From Macrostomum lignano (taxonomy: Eukaryota): a stretch of DNA of 64,000 bases. The position numbers and the translations under genes are program-made. The stretch lies in the NCBI GenBank assembly GCA_002269645.1, contig NIVC01000065.1, positions 124,001 to 188,000 of the forward strand. Direction: 5' to 3'. Below, in pieces: positions 60,189 through 64,000 of this stretch. The stretch's first letter is position 1. Every line of letters starts with the position of its first letter. Under the pieces are notes generated by a model. It was given only the letters and a program-made list of their open reading frames with translations. It searched no databases and had not been told where the DNA came from.

Positions 60189-62234
60189 TTCTGCCTGTCT
60201 GTCTGTCTGTCTGTCTGTGTCTGTCTGCCTGTCTGTCTGTCTGTGTCTGTCAGTCAGCCGCAGAGCTCACCTTAAGAAAGCTGGAATGGCCGCAGGCGAA
60301 CAGCACCAAAGGCGTGTGCTTTTCGTCAAGGCCTTCAACGCTGAGCCGGCGACGCTCGAGGAACTCGCCGGTGCCGCTAACCGGCACCCAGGGACCCTTG
60401 ACGGCGCTGGGCGCACGTCTGGGATCGGCCAAGCTACAGCCGTCCTTGTCCTCGCCGATGCCCAGCTGGCCCCGGGAGGCCAGGCCAAAGGCGTAGATTC
60501 TGCCGGTGGAGGCCACGTAGGCCAGGGTGTGGCGGTGTCCGCAGGCCAGCTGGGTGACCGCCGAGCCCATCAGATCTGCTACTCGTCTGGGCAGAACTTC
60601 GATCTGCGAATTTCCGGCCGCTCGAGCCCCGTGTCCGAGCTGGCCGGATTCGTCCGAGCCGAATGTGAACACCCCGCCGCCCGCTGTCAGAGCGGCGCTG
60701 TGCTCCTTGCCGCAGGCCACGTGCCGGATCTGAAACCCAAGGGTTAGCCTCCATTTTTAGGGGCTGCTGATTCCCCTTCTCCCTGAAGCTTCAGGGGCTG
60801 GTGATTTCTCGTCTCCCTGAAGCTTCAGGGGCTACTGATTTCCCTTCTCCTTGAAGCTTCAGGGGCTGCTGATTTCCCTTCTTTCTGAAGCTTCCGAGGC
60901 TGCTGCTTCCTCATCTCTCTGATGCTTCAGGAGCTGCTGATTTCTCGTCTTCCTGAAGCTTCAGGGGCTGCTGATTCCTCGTCTCCCTGAAGCTTCAGGG
61001 GCTGCTGCTTCCTCATCTCCCTGATGCTTCAGGAGCTGCTGATTTCTCGTCTTCCTGAAGCTTCAGGGGCTGCTGCTTCCTCATCTCTCTGATGCTTCAG
61101 GAGCTGCTGATTTCTCGTCTTCCTGAAGCTTCAGGGGCTGCTGCTTCCTCATCTCCCTGATGCTTCAGGAGCTGCTGATTTCTCGTCTTCCTGATTCTTC
61201 AGGGGCTGCTAATTTCTCGTCTCCCTGATGCTTCAGGAGCTGCTGATTTCTTGTCTCTCTGACGCTTCAGGGGCTGCTGATTCCTCGTCTCCCTGAAGCT
61301 TCAGGGGCTGCTGCTTCCCCTTCTCCCTGATGCTTCAGGAGCTGCTGATTCCTCGTCTCCCTGAAGCTTCAGGGGCTGCTGCTTCCCCTTCTCCCTAATG
61401 CTTCGATAACTACTCACACACCTCAGCAGCTACTCACACATCCTTTGATATCTCAGCAGCTACTCACACACCCTCAGACAAACTCACCTGTTGTCCCCGC
61501 AGAGTTTTGCACAGCACAGGCCAGGCCTGATTCTCAGTATTGCCGCAGCCTAGCTGGCCTTTCCCATTGTCACCCCAGGCAAATAGTACGCCGCTATGCG
61601 ACAGAGCTAAACAGTGATATCCGCCGCAGGCAATGAGTTGAATCGGCAGGCCATTTAGCGAGGCTACAGGTAGACAGGCTCCAAGCGTGCCGGGCTGCTT
61701 AAAATTCCCCTGCCCCAACTGGCCCCGGCTATTGTCGCCAAATGCAAACAATCGATGCTGTTGAGTCAGGACTAAACTGTGCGACTGTCCGGCCGAAACC
61801 TGCGCCACCCGATGCCCGGACAGCTGCCGGACAAGTCGGACACTAGCACCGCTGGACGAATCGGTATTGGCGGCCTCGTCTCGACCAATTTGGCCGCGAT
61901 GATTTCGGCCCCAAGAGTACACCTGGCCGTCTTCGTCAACGGCTAGGGAGTGGGAGCCGCCGGCGGCTATGCACACGATGCACTTGTTCTCCAGGGCCGT
62001 CACCTGCTCTCCCGGGGTGGCGGTGTTTGTACTTTTATTTGCTGCACTTTATTCCGATTGTTAGTCAGTTTGATACAGGGAAAAGACACAGACAGGACTA
62101 GGACACTAAGACTAACACTAAAACGGACTGCAGTAAGACGGACAGACAGACAGACAGACAGAGACAGACAGACAGACAGACTGTAGAGTCAGATAGACAG
62201 ACAGACAGACAAACAGACAGACAAACAGACAGAC

Positions 62235-62317
<83 letters not shown>

Positions 62318-62648
62318 CAGGACAGCTCACCTGACAGAACCGATTGCAGCAGCCAGCTCCGCCGCCGCTGTTGTTGCTCCCGTTGACTCCGCGGCCCCCG
62401 GCGCCACCCAGCTGGGCAAAGCTGTCGGAGCCGCAGGCGCGCACGCAGCCGTCCTGTCGGAGCAGCAGCGAATGGCCGTCGCCGCCGCACAGCGCGGCAA
62501 CATTGGCGTCGTCCTCCGGCAGCCGAGTGGGCACGGCGGCAAGAGTGTCGCGGGCGGAGCCGCCGATGCCCAACTGGCCGTCGGAATTCTCGCCCCAAGC
62601 AAATAGGCTGACCTGGAGATTAACAGCAGGTGCACTGGATTGGAACAT
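55913..62648 (-). CDS. HERC4: HERC3/4-like E3 ubiquitin ligase (RCC1-like domain + HECT), about 1100 aa, 7 exons
   Basis: Exons 62648-62331, 62003-61488, 60729-60271, 60020-59715 (PDDFRC), 59098(or 59152)-58653 ([10 protein letters not shown]), 58107-57894 ([14 protein letters not shown]), 56950-55913 ([43 protein letters not shown]). RCC1 repeats (WGxNxxGQLG, ACGxxHSL) and catalytic Cys are present. Start codon tentative. Confidence 0.93.
57040..57845. repeat. 44-bp minisatellite with shorter GAGAT-rich units, HERC intron 6
   Basis: Unit ATGAGATATCATAGAACAGAGAGATACATTATAATAAAGGAGTG. Confidence 0.9.
58340..58640. repeat. (GACA)n-rich microsatellite, HERC intron 5
   Basis: GACA/GGCA runs. 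Confidence 0.93.
59305..59645. repeat. 22/23-bp minisatellite, HERC intron 4
   Basis: Unit TGACCTAC(C)TGAATGACCCATAT. Confidence 0.93.
60110..60255. repeat. (TGTC)n microsatellite, HERC intron 3
   Basis: TGTC run, opposite orientation to the other GACA arrays. Confidence 0.93.
60765..61410. repeat. 34-bp minisatellite with palindromic junction, HERC intron 2
   Basis: Unit CTTCAGGGGCTGCTGATTTCTCGTCTCCCTGAAG; junction CCCTGAAGCTTCAGGG is a 16-bp palindrome. Confidence 0.93.
62135..62320. repeat. (GACA)n microsatellite, HERC intron 1
   Basis: GACA run. Confidence 0.95.
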
Positions 62649-62804
62649 TGTGCACTTGTATTTGTATAGTACACTAACATTGTAGAGCAGGACTAAAGAC
62701 TTGAGTCGTCAATGATATCTAAATATCACCAAAGTTTAAAATCCAGAAACTAAATACTGTCCAACACTTGCTTGTTAATTATTAAAGACAGCTTGATTTA
62801 GGAA

Positions 62805-63350
62805 AGGGTGTACATTGCTACTGACCTGCCCAATTAAATTAATAGGAAGTGTACATTGCTCCTGACCTGCCCAATTAAATGAATAGGAAGTGTACATTGC
62901 TACTGACCTCACCGGCCCCAATTAACTAAATAGGAAGTGTACATTGCTCCTGACCTGCCCAATTAAATTAATAGGAAGTGTACACATTGCTTCTGACCTC
63001 CCCAGCCCCAAATTAAATGAATAGGAAGTGTACATTGCTCCTGACCTGCCCAATTAAATGAATAGGAAGTGTACATTGCTCCTGACCTGCCCAACTAAAT
63101 GAATAGGAAGTGTACATTGCTCCTGACCTGCCCAATTAAATGAATAGGAAGTGTACATTGCTCCTGACCTGCCCAATTAAATGAATAGGAAGTGTACATT
63201 GCTCCTGACCTCCCCAGCCCCAATTAAATGAATAGGAAGTGTACATTGCTCCTGACCTCCCCAGCCCCAATTAAATGAATAGGAAGTGTACATTGCTACT
63301 GACCTCCCCAACCCTAATTAAATGAATGAGAAGTGTACATTGTTCCTGAC
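62805..63350. repeat. 41-bp minisatellite upstream of HERC
   Basis: Unit AATTAAATGAATAGGAAGTGTACATTGCTCCTGACCTGCCC. Confidence 0.93.
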
Positions 63351-64000
63351 CGCCACAAAATCGCATTCAAACGCATCGCGTTCAAAGAGTCAAACAGCCT
63401 TTAGTTACATATTGTTACTAACTCACTGTCGTGAATTAATGAAAACGACGTAACAAAAAATTTTTAAGAGCAACAACAGAACAAGAAAAATGCCATCGAA
63501 ACTTTATGACTGACCGACAATAAGAAAAGTCGATATGAAAAAAATCTCTCTCTTAACAAATTATACAAGCAAGTAATATTAACAAATACGTACGAGTACT
63601 CAATAAAAGTGTCAATTTTGGTACAACTGTTTTCCAATAAAATTTGAAACTATTTTCCAAGAAATCACACAACAGCATACAGCTGACGTACCGAAGCGAA
63701 ATTCGACCGATGTGATCGTTTTAATTTTGATCTGGCCGACTGGACAGAAGCATTCGAAGCGGAATCGAGTTGAAGTGTACTTATACTTAGTCTACGCTGG
63801 CGATTAAGATGAAGATGATGATGCTCCATTATAGCTCATGTATTTAATAATAACTCAATCTTCCAACAACTATTAGCTACACACGAACGGCTCCTTAACT
63901 AAGAGTTTTAAATCCGGAGTTGACAAATAACAAAAATAATTCAGACATTCTATACTAAACTGCAAGTACAATATTTTATAAGTTTAACTTTATATTAAAG

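Overview
Eukaryotic (metazoan) genomic DNA. GC-rich exons, GT-AG introns filled with minisatellites and a TTAGGG-type telomeric repeat point to a flatworm such as Macrostomum lignano (inference, not proven). Conserved genes: the 5' part of CKAP5/XMAP215 (minus, 10 exons, runs off the left edge), a short SART3-like HAT-repeat gene or fragment (minus), a Vav-like CH-DH-PH-C1-SH2 gene with no SH3 domains (plus, 4 exons) and a complete HERC3/4-like RCC1-HECT ligase (minus, 7 exons). An AT-rich accessory block at about 13-36 kb holds two intronless PAN/Apple + C-type lectin paralogs, two 3-exon paralogs of an unrecognised 216-aa secreted protein, two MITE-like elements, a foldback satellite centred on a telomeric tract, and Ty3/gypsy, Penelope, piggyBac-like and tRNA-SINE remnants. 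The best hidden feature, absent from the ORF track, is a two-exon, 82-aa neuropeptide precursor nested antisense in Vav intron 3 (49474-50529); its predicted peptide CTSVFHPMACFGIWQL is elevenin/L11-like. Most long ORFs in the track are translations of tandem repeats. All exon boundaries were derived by hand; family calls rest on remembered motifs, not on database searches.
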